From: a virus | Lineage: Duplodnaviria > Caudoviricetes | IMG/VR virus record: IMGVR_UViG_3300043673_000008 | Location: 1-52,362 of that record | DNA: 52,362 bases | Strand: one strand, 5' to 3' | Shown: in pieces, positions 29,190-39,147 of the stretch | Layout: each line of letters starts with the position of its first letter | Numbering within the stretch: position 1 is the first letter of the stretch | Notes under the pieces: model-generated | What the model was told of the DNA's origin: nothing | What the model saw: only the letters and a program-made list of their open reading frames with translations | Database searches by the model: none | Made by a program: the position numbers and the translations under genes

Positions 29190-29477
29190 ATGTCAGCTTC
29201 AACCCACCAGGATCGCACAACAATGTCAGGTATTCAGCACGCCCAAAACGTCGTAGTTTTGGCGGTTCCGGTCGCATCATGGTGGACCCACGCCCCGGAG
29301 ATTTGCACGACCGCTGCGGCGTTCATGGCGTTTCTCTACTACCTTCTGTACTTCGCCAAGGAAATCGCCATCTGGCGCAAGGGCTGGCATACCGTCCACA
29401 CCACGACCGTCAGCGAAACTGTGACGGAGGATCATAAGGTCGTCGCTGGGAAATCTCCCGATGTTAGCCAACCTTAA
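29190..29477 (+). CDS. Putative holin or lysis membrane protein
   Basis: Hydrophobic helix, first gene of the lysis cluster. Confidence 0.5.
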   Translation: MSASTHQDRTTMSGIQHAQNVVVLAVPVASWWTHAPEICTTAAAFMAFLYYLLYFAKEIAIWRKGWHTVHTTTVSETVTEDHKVVAGKSPDVSQP

Positions 29478-29760
29478 AACCGGCACTCTCAAATTCCTCG
29501 AATTCGCGAATTGCCTTGACGACGACAGTAAAAAGCTGTCGCCGGTAAAGATCAATGCGTGGGGCGCGAACATCGCTGTCTTCTCCACATTCGCGGCAAC
29601 CGTGTTTGGCTGGACAGGGGGGCACCTTCAAGGTATTGAGAGCCTGTGGGGCGGAACGATGACATGGCTTGCTCAAGCCCACGTCGTTCATCATTTCGAT
29701 AAGCGCGAACGGAACATCAACGAAGCGCGCTTGATCCAAGCTGGGGGAAAAGATGTTTAA
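29461..29760 (+). CDS. Putative holin-like membrane protein
   Basis: Two hydrophobic segments, in lysis cluster. Confidence 0.45.
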   Translation: MLANLKTGTLKFLEFANCLDDDSKKLSPVKINAWGANIAVFSTFAATVFGWTGGHLQGIESLWGGTMTWLAQAHVVHHFDKRERNINEARLIQAGGKDV

Positions 29761-30112
29761 GCTGTTGTGGTCCGCCGTTCTCGGCGGCAATCCTGCGTCG
29801 TGGGGCATCGCCGCCCTGGTCGCGGTCATGGTGCTGGGCTCAACCTTCGGGGCTGGCTTCTACGAGGCGACCAGGGTTCAGGCTACGGCAACGGCATCCG
29901 TGGCAGTTAAGTCCGCCAAGGCCCAGGAGAAGCACGATGTCGCGCAGCACGCTGCCGCCGTCGTGGTCTCCAACGACACTCGGAAGGCCGACGTGATCCA
30001 CGACACGAAGATCGTCACGCTGATCCAGACGATCCACGATCAGGCCGCGCCTGCGGTCTGCGACCTGTCGCCGAGCGACGCCGATGCACTGAACAAAGCC
30101 GCATCATACTAG
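29753..30112 (+). CDS. Putative i-spanin (Rz-like)
   Basis: N-terminal TM helix, helical periplasmic part, C-terminal Cys; precedes a lipoprotein gene. Confidence 0.65.
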   Translation: MFKLLWSAVLGGNPASWGIAALVAVMVLGSTFGAGFYEATRVQATATASVAVKSAKAQEKHDVAQHAAAVVVSNDTRKADVIHDTKIVTLIQTIHDQAAPAVCDLSPSDADALNKAASY

Positions 30113-30120
30113 GGGTTTCA

Positions 30121-30369
30121 ATGAGAACTGTTTTCGCCATGGCGCTCTGCGCCATGCTATCTGCTTGCGCGTCCGCAACGCCCGTCGTGATGGGCCACTG
30201 CGAGTTGCCCGAAGCTCTTGCACAGAAGTCAATCCCCCTTGATCCCGTGACGCCCGGCATGTCGCTCGGCGCGCAGATCATCCAATGGGTCAAGGATCGC
30301 GGCCACGCGGCGCGGTCCGACAAGCACGCCGACGACCTGATCGACTATGTCGGGAAGCAGTGCCAGTGA
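30121..30369 (+). CDS. Putative o-spanin lipoprotein (Rz1-like)
   Basis: Signal peptide with LSAC lipobox. Confidence 0.7.
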   Translation: MRTVFAMALCAMLSACASATPVVMGHCELPEALAQKSIPLDPVTPGMSLGAQIIQWVKDRGHAARSDKHADDLIDYVGKQCQ

Positions 30370-31217
30370 GACGGCACCTTATCATCCCTGACACTCAAGT
30401 TCGCCCGGGCGTCCACCTCGATCACCTCGATTGGATCGCCCAGGCCATCGTCGATTATCGTCCCGATGTCGTGGTGCATATCGGCGACCATTGGGACTTC
30501 CCGAGCTTGAATAGCCACGACCAGCCGGGCTCCGCTCCGCTTGAGAACAAGCGGTATATGGACGACCTGACGATCGGCAACGCCGCGTTCGCGCGCTTGG
30601 TTAAGCCGATGGAGGACGAGATCGCGCGCACCAACAATCCAAAGCTCCATCGCAAGGGTTGGAGACCGCGCAAGATATTCTGCACCGGCAACCACGAGAC
30701 GCGGGCCGACCGCGTGGCGAACAACGACCCGAAGCTTCTCGGTTCTATCGGCTCGGAAAACTGTGACGTGCGACACTTCGAGAGACATCCATTCCTTGAA
30801 GTCGTCGAGGCGGACGGTATCATCTATAGCCACTACTTCCAGTCGTCGCATAGCAACCGTCCGATCGGCGGTACGATCGTCAATAAGCTTGGCAGGATTG
30901 GATCATCCTTCGTCCACGGTCATGTGCAAGGTCTGGACATGGGCACCAAGATCATGGGCAACGGCAAGACCCTTTGGGGCTTCCAGGCTGGCTCCTGCTA
31001 CACCCACATTGAGGATTATCGCGGCGCGCAGGGGCAACGTCACTGGCGCGGCATCTTGGTGCTGAACGAGGTCGGCAACGGCGAGTGCAGTCCGATGCCC
31101 CTGACCCTCAACTACCTGTGCCAGAAGTACAACCCCAAATACAAAGGGCGCGATTTCGCCCTGTTCGATTACATGGTCGATAAGTACCCGGGCCAAGATT
31201 GGGTTCACCTCAAATGA
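30366..31217 (+). CDS. Calcineurin-like metallophosphoesterase
   Basis: PDTQ, GDHWD, GNHE, SHYF, HGH motifs. Confidence 0.88.
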   Translation: MRRHLIIPDTQVRPGVHLDHLDWIAQAIVDYRPDVVVHIGDHWDFPSLNSHDQPGSAPLENKRYMDDLTIGNAAFARLVKPMEDEIARTNNPKLHRKGWRPRKIFCTGNHETRADRVANNDPKLLGSIGSENCDVRHFERHPFLEVVEADGIIYSHYFQSSHSNRPIGGTIVNKLGRIGSSFVHGHVQGLDMGTKIMGNGKTLWGFQAGSCYTHIEDYRGAQGQRHWRGILVLNEVGNGECSPMPLTLNYLCQKYNPKYKGRDFALFDYMVDKYPGQDWVHLK

Positions 31218-31699
31218 ATACTTGGCAGGACTACGCCTATCCGCTGATCAAGAAGTGGGAGGACTTCCGCGCGAAGCCTTATCTCTGCCCGGCTGGCGTC
31301 TGGACGATCGGCTATGGCACCACACATAAGCCAAGCGGATCGCCGGTCAAGGGCGACGATCCCGAGATCGACGAGGCAACTGCGACAGCTTATATGGAGG
31401 TACACTGCGAACGCCTCCTCGCGCAAATTACCGCGCTCGTGACCGTTCACCTCACATGGTTCGAGTTGGCCGCGATGGTCGCGCTGACCTACAACATCGG
31501 CGTCGGCATCCATGACGGTCACACCGGGGACTTCGCCGACAGCAGCATCGTGCGGTGCGCGAACGCGCAGGACTATAAGGGCGCGGCTACACACTTCCTC
31601 GATTGGGACAAGGCACATATCAAAGGCGTTCTGCAAGTCGTGCCGGGTCTCCTGGCGCGGCGTCAGGACGAAGCAGCATTATTTCTGCGAATAGCGTGA
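31214..31699 (+). CDS. Endolysin, GH24 lysozyme
   Basis: WEDFRAKPYLCPAGVWTIGYG and GLLARRQDEAALF motifs. Confidence 0.92.
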   Translation: MNTWQDYAYPLIKKWEDFRAKPYLCPAGVWTIGYGTTHKPSGSPVKGDDPEIDEATATAYMEVHCERLLAQITALVTVHLTWFELAAMVALTYNIGVGIHDGHTGDFADSSIVRCANAQDYKGAATHFLDWDKAHIKGVLQVVPGLLARRQDEAALFLRIA

Positions 31700-31831
31700 T
31701 GACTAGGCGGGGGCGCGTAGTGGGCAAAAAGAATAAGAAGAACGACGACGCTCCCAAAGACAGTTGGAAAATCATGGACCCGGATTTCGACAACATCGAG
31801 ATCGAGGAACTTGATTTGAGGGAGCAATATC

Positions 31832-33286
31832 GTGGCAGGGGCGCTGATAACGACTGATCTGGATTTCCAGACGCGTTATCTCAATTGGGTTCAAGATCGA
31901 GAATATGACGGGCTGTTCGCTGACGCGGGCACCGGCAAGACGCGTATGATCCTGCGCCGTGCGGAGATCGCGCACGCGGCTGGCAAGATCGACGCCCTGC
32001 TCGTCTTCGCCATCAATTCCGTCAAGACCAACTTCGTCGCCTGGGATCACCAGCTTGAGGACGACGAGGCCGACGCGGTTACCACACACCTCGGCGACGA
32101 CAACGTCGTCAAGGCCGTGTGGATGGCAAACGCAACCGCCAAGGATCGCAAGGCATGGGAGAGTTGGGAGCAGAAAATCGCCAAGACAGATAAGCTGATT
32201 ATTCTCGTGGTGAATTTCGAGGCCCTGCTCTCCAAGCAATTCTTCGCCTTCCTGATGGAATTCCTCAAGACCTATCGAACCTATATGGCTGCCGACGAAA
32301 GCACCCGCATTGGGGAAAGCGGCTCCGACCGAACCAGAAACATCATCAAGCTCGCCCCTAAGTCAATCATGCGGACGGCGGCGACGGCCAGCCCAGTCCT
32401 CAAGCGCCCCACCAAAATCTATAGCCAATCCAAGTTCCTCTCGCCCAAGGCGCTGGGGTTCTCGTCGTTCTATTCGTTCCGCAATCGCTACTGCAAGATG
32501 GGCGGTTATGAGGGGCGGCAGATCGTTGACTATCAGCACCTCGATGAACTCTCTGACCGCATCGAGGGTTGGAGCTTCAAAGTCAAGATTGAGGACGTGC
32601 GCGCCATGCCGCCGCGCGACTGGAAGAAGCACTATTGCTACATGACGCCGGAGCAGGCCCGCGCCTACAAGACCATGCGCGAGGAATTCTTTGCCTTAGC
32701 CGAGGGCGCGGAGATAACCGCTAGCATTGTCCTGGCGCAGATGACCCGGCTGCAACAGATCACTGGCGGCTTCATCAGCAAGGATGGCGTCGAATATCAA
32801 CTGATCGAGCCGAGTAAGAACCCGAAGTGTCTAGAAGCGTTGAGCATTGTCAAAGACGCCCCTGCTCAGTGCCTCGTGTGGTTTCGCTTCATTCCAGAAA
32901 TGGAAGCGATGTCAAAGCTCTTGGAGAGCAAAGAGATCAGTCACGTTCTATTTAATGGTGACTGCGATGCCCAGGAGAAGCTGACGATCCGCAAGCAGTT
33001 CCAGCGCGGCGCATGGGACGTTCTGCTCGGGACCAGCAGCAGCGGCGGCGTCGGGATAGACGAGTTCAAAGTGGCGCGCGACGCGATCTTCTTCTCGAAC
33101 GACTTCAACACCGAGACCCGTTTCCAGACGGAGCGCCGTTCGTGGCGCATTGGTGTGACCGAGCCGACACGCTACCACGATTTGCTCGTCCCCAATTCAG
33201 TGGACACGAAGATCATAAAGGTGTTGAACACCGATGCGAAGCTAAGTGCCAAATTGTTGAGGGAGAATTGGCAATCATGGCTTTGA
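31832..33286 (+). CDS. SNF2-family (SF2) helicase
   Basis: AGTGKT, ADES, TASP, QTERRSWRIG motifs. Confidence 0.9.
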   Translation: MAGALITTDLDFQTRYLNWVQDREYDGLFADAGTGKTRMILRRAEIAHAAGKIDALLVFAINSVKTNFVAWDHQLEDDEADAVTTHLGDDNVVKAVWMANATAKDRKAWESWEQKIAKTDKLIILVVNFEALLSKQFFAFLMEFLKTYRTYMAADESTRIGESGSDRTRNIIKLAPKSIMRTAATASPVLKRPTKIYSQSKFLSPKALGFSSFYSFRNRYCKMGGYEGRQIVDYQHLDELSDRIEGWSFKVKIEDVRAMPPRDWKKHYCYMTPEQARAYKTMREEFFALAEGAEITASIVLAQMTRLQQITGGFISKDGVEYQLIEPSKNPKCLEALSIVKDAPAQCLVWFRFIPEMEAMSKLLESKEISHVLFNGDCDAQEKLTIRKQFQRGAWDVLLGTSSSGGVGIDEFKVARDAIFFSNDFNTETRFQTERRSWRIGVTEPTRYHDLLVPNSVDTKIIKVLNTDAKLSAKLLRENWQSWL

Positions 33287-33600
33287 GCCCTGACATCACG
33301 CAGGCATTTTGGGAATTCGGAAGCGCGTGCTTCCAGCTTCTCAATGTGCGGGCGATCCGCGCATCAAAGGGTATCAGTGGGGTTCATTGGATACCGACCG
33401 CGTTCTTCGGGGCATGGGGCGTCTATAACCTTTGGTTTTACACGGTATTGAACTTGCCTCTGGCCTATTGGGCTGGGTTGTTCATTACGCTCGTCAATGG
33501 CGTCTGGTTGGGGCACGTCGCTTATTACACACGGGGGAATTGGTATGGAAAATGCAAACTCTGGTTTGACGCTGCTCGCTCGCGAGTTTCGCGGTCTTAA
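33277..33600 (+). CDS. Three-helix membrane protein, PQ-loop/SemiSWEET-like
   Basis: Three TM segments with NVRAIRASKGISGV loop. Confidence 0.5.
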   Translation: MALSPDITQAFWEFGSACFQLLNVRAIRASKGISGVHWIPTAFFGAWGVYNLWFYTVLNLPLAYWAGLFITLVNGVWLGHVAYYTRGNWYGKCKLWFDAARSRVSRS

Positions 33601-33952
33601 GGATCGCAAGGAAGCTCTCGAAGCCGAACTGAAAAAGCTGAACGAAGACATCAAAAAGATCGAAGTCGAACGTCTTCCGGCCATGATGGACCAGAACGAC
33701 GTTGAGAAATTTACAGTGGAAGGCGTCGGTACAATCTTCCAACAAGTGAAGGTGTACGCCCACGTCAAGAAGGAAGACGAGGCGCGCTTTCACGAATGGC
33801 TTCGGGAAACCGGTAATGCCGATCTGATCAAGGCATACGTGTTCCCGCAGACACTTGCCAGTTTCGCCAAAGAACAGCTTGAGCAGGGGACCGATCTTCC
33901 AGATTTTCTCACTGCTCACAAAGTACCTACCGCGATGTTGCGGAGGAAGTAG
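33545..33952 (+). CDS. Coiled-coil protein of the replication module
   Basis: Heptad N-terminus, WLRETGNADLIK motif, GGGGA RBS. Confidence 0.7.
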   Translation: MENANSGLTLLAREFRGLKDRKEALEAELKKLNEDIKKIEVERLPAMMDQNDVEKFTVEGVGTIFQQVKVYAHVKKEDEARFHEWLRETGNADLIKAYVFPQTLASFAKEQLEQGTDLPDFLTAHKVPTAMLRRK

Positions 33953-34028
33953 GAGCGTAATGAACGATCAAGGCTCAACGGTCGCGGCATATCGCCTCGA
34001 CTAGAACAAGCAACGTGGAGAGTGCAAA

Positions 34029-34931
34029 ATGGCAAAAGCAAAAGAAGCATCAGTGAAAGTCACCGAACAAGCGGTGGCGATCGTGAAGCCGAAGACCGTC
34101 ATGGCGACGGGTCCTTCGTATCTCGAAGGGTACAAGGGAAAGACGGGCGCGGAGGACATTAAGTCCAACGAAATCAATATCCCTCGCCTCAAGGTCGGTC
34201 AGGACATGAGCAAGGAAGTCCAGTCCGGTGACGTTGATCGCGGGGATATGTTCCTCAACGTCAGTGGTGAGACCATCCTGACGGAAGGCGAGCGCCTGCC
34301 GTTCGTGATCCTGGCCCGGTTCAGGGAGATCATCCTGTGGCGTCCTCAGAAGGACGGCGGCGGCATCCTGGCTCGCGCCATCGCGACCAAGACCGACGAC
34401 GGCGTCAAGTACGCCTGGGATCAGCCCGACACCGAGTTCGATGTCAAGGTCGAAGGCAAAGTCAAGGTGACATGGAAGACTGGCAAGTACGCCGACGAAG
34501 ACGGCTTGTTGGAATGGGGCAGCGAAATCCCAGGCGATAAGGAGAGCGGCAAAGCCGCGACAGAGCATCAGAACTATATCGTCGTGCTTCCGACGCGCGA
34601 CAATATGGTGGTCGCCCTGTCGTGTGCGCGCACGGCCCTCGGCAAAGCCAAGGACTTCAACGCCCTGCTCAAGATGTCGAGCAAGCCTGTTGTCTCGCGG
34701 CTGTTCACGGTCGAGACGGTGGACGACAGCCGCGATGCCCACGACTTCAAAAACATCAAGTTCCGGCCGAACCGGGATGCGATCGAAGACGTGACCGACG
34801 CGAACGCGGCCTTCGTCAATGAGGCTGCCTTCGGCCTCTACAACGACATGGCCTCGTCCTTCGCTGGCAAGACCATCGTGGTTGATCAATCCGATGGTGG
34901 CGATCAGGCCCCCTCCGACGAGCGTGCCTAA
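34029..34931 (+). CDS. Putative ssDNA-binding or annealing protein
   Basis: IPRLKVGQDMS motif, acidic C-terminal tail, lies between helicase and primase. Confidence 0.55.
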   Translation: MAKAKEASVKVTEQAVAIVKPKTVMATGPSYLEGYKGKTGAEDIKSNEINIPRLKVGQDMSKEVQSGDVDRGDMFLNVSGETILTEGERLPFVILARFREIILWRPQKDGGGILARAIATKTDDGVKYAWDQPDTEFDVKVEGKVKVTWKTGKYADEDGLLEWGSEIPGDKESGKAATEHQNYIVVLPTRDNMVVALSCARTALGKAKDFNALLKMSSKPVVSRLFTVETVDDSRDAHDFKNIKFRPNRDAIEDVTDANAAFVNEAAFGLYNDMASSFAGKTIVVDQSDGGDQAPSDERA

Positions 34932-36437
34932 ATGAAATCCTTCGCTGATCTCTTTCGGGGTCGCGAAGATGTCTATGGTACGTATCCTGACGTGCGCAAC
35001 GTGGCTGCCACTGATCGTGGTAAGCGCGTTGCTCGCGCCAAGACTGTAACAGAAGGCGTCTCCCCGGCCATTTGGCCAGAGCTTTGGAAAGGTCATCTTT
35101 CCGGGGAGCGTCGTCTTGGCGTGTCGCCAATCCTTCCCGATAGCACATGCTGGTGGTTCTGCATCGACGTGGACTTCTATCAGGAAGTCGGTCTCTATGC
35201 CGATATCGCCGACCGTATCAAGCACTGCGGCCTGCCGCTGGTGATGACAAAGTCGAAGTCAGGGGGTATCCACCTCTGGTGCTTCTTCGCCAAGCCAGTC
35301 CTCGCGGCCAAGGCGCGCGAGACGGCGAAGGCGTTCATCAAGAAGCTCAAACTTCCGGCCGACCATATCGACATCTTCCCGGCACAAGACAAGGTCGATG
35401 CCGCGAGTATCGGCAATTGGGTCAACCTGCCGTACTTCGGCGAGACCTGCCCCTGCCTGGGAGAAGATGGTGAGCAGACACTCACCCTGCAAGAATTCCT
35501 AGAATATGCGAATAAGCGCATTCAGCATATATCTGACCTCAACGTAAAGGCTTCCGAGAAGGCCGAGGCGCGCAAGTCCGGTGCGCCGCCGTGCATCGAC
35601 TATGCCAAAGAGCATGGGGTCCCTGACGGCTACCGCAACAATTTTATGATGCATTACGCCGTCTATGCGATGAAGGCTAACCCTGACAACGTCCGCGAGG
35701 ACTTGGACGACTTCAACGACGGGCTCGACGATCCGCTGCCGCGCGAGGAAATGCGCCCTATCATCAAGAGCGCGACCAGCGGGAAGTACAAGGGCTATCT
35801 CTGTAAGAAGGTTGAGGGTCTGTTTTGCGACAAGCGCGAGTGCCGGATGCGGGAGTTCGGCATCGGCGGCGGCAATATGGACGACCTAATCGACATTGAG
35901 AAGATCGAGAAGATCGACGGCGAAGAACCGGTCTATCGCGTTACGATAGACGGCAAGCGGTTCCAACTGACCCTTGAGCAGATGTTCACCTACGTCAACT
36001 TCCGCCGCGTCGCCTTCGGTGCGCTCGACCGCTACCTGCCAAACTTCAAGCAGCCGGAGTGGGAAGACTTTATGAAAGATCGCATCGCGGCGATGGACAT
36101 TCAGGAGGCGGCTTCCGACACGCAGAGTAAGGATCGCGTCGTCAAAATCTTCGAGCGGTTCTGCGAAGGTACGACAGCCGAGAGCTTGAAGATCGCAGTA
36201 GAACGCGGGCTGCCATACTTCGATGGCAAGAACATCATCTTCCGTGGTGATGAATTTATGATGCAGGTCGATCGCCAGTTGAACAAGCTGCCGCGCAATC
36301 AGACTTGGGCGATCATGCGCGACCACGGCTGCGTGATGATCGAACACATGATCGAGAATGTGAAGATGCCCTTTTGGTGTTGGGTGGCCGATGGGCGTCC
36401 GCTTTGGTTCAACCCGGATAAAGGGGAACAGGTATGA
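34932..36437 (+). CDS. AEP-superfamily primase with Cys-rich C-terminal domain
   Basis: FCIDVD, SKSGGIH, GNWVNLPY catalytic motifs; APPC...RNN...C-x7-C-x4-C. Confidence 0.8.
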   Translation: MKSFADLFRGREDVYGTYPDVRNVAATDRGKRVARAKTVTEGVSPAIWPELWKGHLSGERRLGVSPILPDSTCWWFCIDVDFYQEVGLYADIADRIKHCGLPLVMTKSKSGGIHLWCFFAKPVLAAKARETAKAFIKKLKLPADHIDIFPAQDKVDAASIGNWVNLPYFGETCPCLGEDGEQTLTLQEFLEYANKRIQHISDLNVKASEKAEARKSGAPPCIDYAKEHGVPDGYRNNFMMHYAVYAMKANPDNVREDLDDFNDGLDDPLPREEMRPIIKSATSGKYKGYLCKKVEGLFCDKRECRMREFGIGGGNMDDLIDIEKIEKIDGEEPVYRVTIDGKRFQLTLEQMFTYVNFRRVAFGALDRYLPNFKQPEWEDFMKDRIAAMDIQEAASDTQSKDRVVKIFERFCEGTTAESLKIAVERGLPYFDGKNIIFRGDEFMMQVDRQLNKLPRNQTWAIMRDHGCVMIEHMIENVKMPFWCWVADGRPLWFNPDKGEQV

Positions 36438-37030
36438 GTAGTTGGGATAAAGAATGGGCAATGTGTTATAGCGGGCGTCGCGTCTTCCCGTTCGAGTTGA
36501 AGGTCGCCGACATTGATATTCGCGACATTGCGCACGCCACCTCGATGCAGTGCCGCTACAACGGGCACGTCATCAGGTTCTACAGCGTCGCGGAACATAT
36601 GGTCCATATCAGCGCCGCGATCCTCCTGGCTACGGGGAACAAGACCCTTGCTCTCCAAGGGCTGCTCCACGATGCAGGGGAAGCCTACACTGGCGACTTC
36701 ACGCGACCTGTGAAGAACTCTTTGCGGGAGGTGGGCGAGGTTTTGAAGGCTGCGGAGGATCGCAACGAGGCGGTGATCGCCCAGCGGTTCCGGCTACCAT
36801 ACCCCTTCGACCCGATCGTCAAGGACTATGATCGGCGCATTATCGTCAACGAGAAGTCAGAACTGTTCGGCCCGAACAAGCCGTGGGATTGGGACCTGAC
36901 GCCTCTCGACATTATCATCCGGGCCTGGGAGCCCGCCCGCGCTGAGGAAATGTACCTTGAGCAGTTCGGCAAGCTGACAGGCGAATGGTTTCATTGGATG
37001 GACCTGACCGACACAATCCCGGCAAATTAA
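36434..37030 (+). CDS. HD-domain 5'-deoxynucleotidase (YfbR-like)
   Basis: RYNGH, YSVAEH, LLHDAGEAYTGD motifs. Confidence 0.88.
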   Translation: MSSWDKEWAMCYSGRRVFPFELKVADIDIRDIAHATSMQCRYNGHVIRFYSVAEHMVHISAAILLATGNKTLALQGLLHDAGEAYTGDFTRPVKNSLREVGEVLKAAEDRNEAVIAQRFRLPYPFDPIVKDYDRRIIVNEKSELFGPNKPWDWDLTPLDIIIRAWEPARAEEMYLEQFGKLTGEWFHWMDLTDTIPAN

Positions 37031-37031
37031 A

Positions 37032-38534
37032 TTGCACACGGTAAAGACCTTCGGTCCACCGGGGACGGGCAAGACTACGCGATTGATCGCCCGCGTGCGG
37101 GAGGAAGTCAATCGTGGGGTCTCGACCCGCGACATGGCATATCTCTCGTTCTCCGTCGCGGCTAAGGACGTGATCAAGGAACGCCTGCACCTCAAGGATA
37201 CCGATGTTCGCTGGTTCCGCACCATCCATGGTGCCTGCGCCAAGTCACTCGGCCTTAGCGGCTGCATTCTCGACAGCAGGAATTACGTGGAGTTCGAGAG
37301 GGTGACCGGCATGAGGATTACGCCGGATGACTACGACCAAGAATTTGGAGGGACCGACTTCAATGTCGCCCTCCGAGCCCACAACCTCTCGCTCAACATG
37401 GGTCTCCCCTTGCTCGAAGTGGTCAGGATGCTCCCTGACCACCCGAACCTTCAAATTACGCGGTTGACCCGCTTCATTGAGGACTACACCAAGTTCAAGC
37501 AGCAGCGCGGCCTGTTCGACTACACGGACATGCTGACACATTATGCCGAACGCGGTGAACCCCTCCCCATCCGAGTTGGGATCGTGGACGAAGCGCAGGA
37601 CAATAGCTGGCTCCAATGGCGCTGCGTGGGTAAGATGCTGGCGAATTGCGATCGCGTTTACATGGCGGGCGACGATGATCAAGCGATCTATACCTTCATT
37701 GGGGCGTCTGAGTATGGCTTCCTTGAGCATGATGCCGATGAAGAAGAAGTACTGAAACAATCGTTTCGAGTACCGCTTCTTATTGGCAACAAGGCGGACA
37801 ATATAATCGGTCGCATCGCCCACCGCAAGGATAAGGGGGTCGTCTGGAAGGACGACGCGGGCAGAGTAACCCGGATCAACCGGGACGCCATGGACATGGA
37901 TTGGAAGCGGCTGATCGCCGAATTCCCCAGGACTGAGGACGGCCCCGGCATCATGGCCCTGACCCGGCACCGCAAGGGGGCGCTGGACTTCTCCAAGGAC
38001 CTGAGGATGCGGGGCGTGCCTCATTCGCTACACGGCGAGACGATGAACACATGGCCAGAAGCCCGCCTGCTCCACAGCATCTATTCGCTGAACGATCGCA
38101 AGTCAATTACGCCTCGCGCCGCGATCATGCTCTGCAAGGCGTTAGGTAAATCCGACACGCAATTCCGCGACCTGTCAAGACGGGATCGGGTGGACGAGAT
38201 AGACGGAGTAAGTCTGCGTTCACTCTCGTGGCTGGAAGAATTTTCGTCCAGTTTTAAGACACGCTCGCGCTTCAAGGCTTTGTCAAGGTTGGTTAGGAGC
38301 GAGGGCTACGAGGCGCTGGCTAAGGACCCAGTGATCACGGTCTCGACGATGCACGGATCAAAAGGCAAGGAAGCCCCGCTGGTTATCATCAGCCCGGAAT
38401 GTACAAACATTGTGAAGCAGAATGCTCAGACGCCGACCGAAATTCGCTTGGCTTACGTGGCACTGACGCGGGCCATGCAGCAATGCCACCTGATCATGCC
38501 GCGTACCGAGAACTACATACATCATTTCTTTTAG
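37032..38534 (+). CDS. UvrD/Rep-like SF1 helicase
   Basis: GPPGTGKT, DEAQD, GDDDQAIY, HGSKGKE, YVALTRA motifs. Confidence 0.92.
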   Translation: MHTVKTFGPPGTGKTTRLIARVREEVNRGVSTRDMAYLSFSVAAKDVIKERLHLKDTDVRWFRTIHGACAKSLGLSGCILDSRNYVEFERVTGMRITPDDYDQEFGGTDFNVALRAHNLSLNMGLPLLEVVRMLPDHPNLQITRLTRFIEDYTKFKQQRGLFDYTDMLTHYAERGEPLPIRVGIVDEAQDNSWLQWRCVGKMLANCDRVYMAGDDDQAIYTFIGASEYGFLEHDADEEEVLKQSFRVPLLIGNKADNIIGRIAHRKDKGVVWKDDAGRVTRINRDAMDMDWKRLIAEFPRTEDGPGIMALTRHRKGALDFSKDLRMRGVPHSLHGETMNTWPEARLLHSIYSLNDRKSITPRAAIMLCKALGKSDTQFRDLSRRDRVDEIDGVSLRSLSWLEEFSSSFKTRSRFKALSRLVRSEGYEALAKDPVITVSTMHGSKGKEAPLVIISPECTNIVKQNAQTPTEIRLAYVALTRAMQQCHLIMPRTENYIHHFF

Positions 38535-38546
38535 AGGGGGACTACA

Positions 38547-38918
38547 ATGAGTGCAGTGAAACACGATGCCGGGAAAGCCCCGGTTTATCAGGGTTTTTTG
38601 AACCGTTTCCCGCGCGCCATCATGGCGTGTGCCTGGGTCTCGGAGTACGGGTTTCGGAAATATGGGACATTCGACGGCTGGGAAAAGGTGCCGGATGGCC
38701 TGAACCGGTACACCGACGCCAAGGCTCGCCACATGGTTCTTCAATCCATCGAAGGTTCGTATGACGACGGCGACAGCGGCCTCGCACATGCGGCACAGGA
38801 GTTTTGGGGGGCGGCGGCGCGACTGGAAATGCTTCTGCGCAACGGGGAAATCGAAATGCGCCGGGGCAATGAAATCGTCGATGGCAAGCCGGTTTTTGGA
38901 ACTGCAAAAAAAGTTTGA
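38547..38918 (+). CDS. DUF5664-like dATP/dGTP diphosphohydrolase
   Basis: KHDAGK, YGFRKY...W, RYTDAKARH, DSGLAHAA motifs. Confidence 0.78.
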   Translation: MSAVKHDAGKAPVYQGFLNRFPRAIMACAWVSEYGFRKYGTFDGWEKVPDGLNRYTDAKARHMVLQSIEGSYDDGDSGLAHAAQEFWGAAARLEMLLRNGEIEMRRGNEIVDGKPVFGTAKKV

Positions 38919-38988
38919 GCAATATTGCTCATTCCGCTTGACCACACTCCTGCGAGGTGTAGGAGTGTCGCCGGGCAGAAAAACAAGT

Positions 38989-39147
38989 ATGAGTGGGGCG
39001 ATAGTGGCAAATCCAGACGGTTCATTTCCGTTGTTCGGCAAGCGCATCATGCCGCCGCAGACCTCCATTCATCCGCGCGTTCGCAAAGGGCGCACGGTCT
39101 ATCCAAAGGTCAACACGGCCAAAGCGCCAAAGGGGAAATCCAAATGA
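38989..39147 (+). CDS. Small basic protein
   Basis: 52 aa, overlaps the next start codon. Confidence 0.4.
   Translation: MSGAIVANPDGSFPLFGKRIMPPQTSIHPRVRKGRTVYPKVNTAKAPKGKSK

Noticed and set aside
36434-38918. 2-aminoadenine (Z) genome pathway
   Set aside because: No PurZ/adenylosuccinate-synthetase homologue is visible; the hydrolases alone are insufficient
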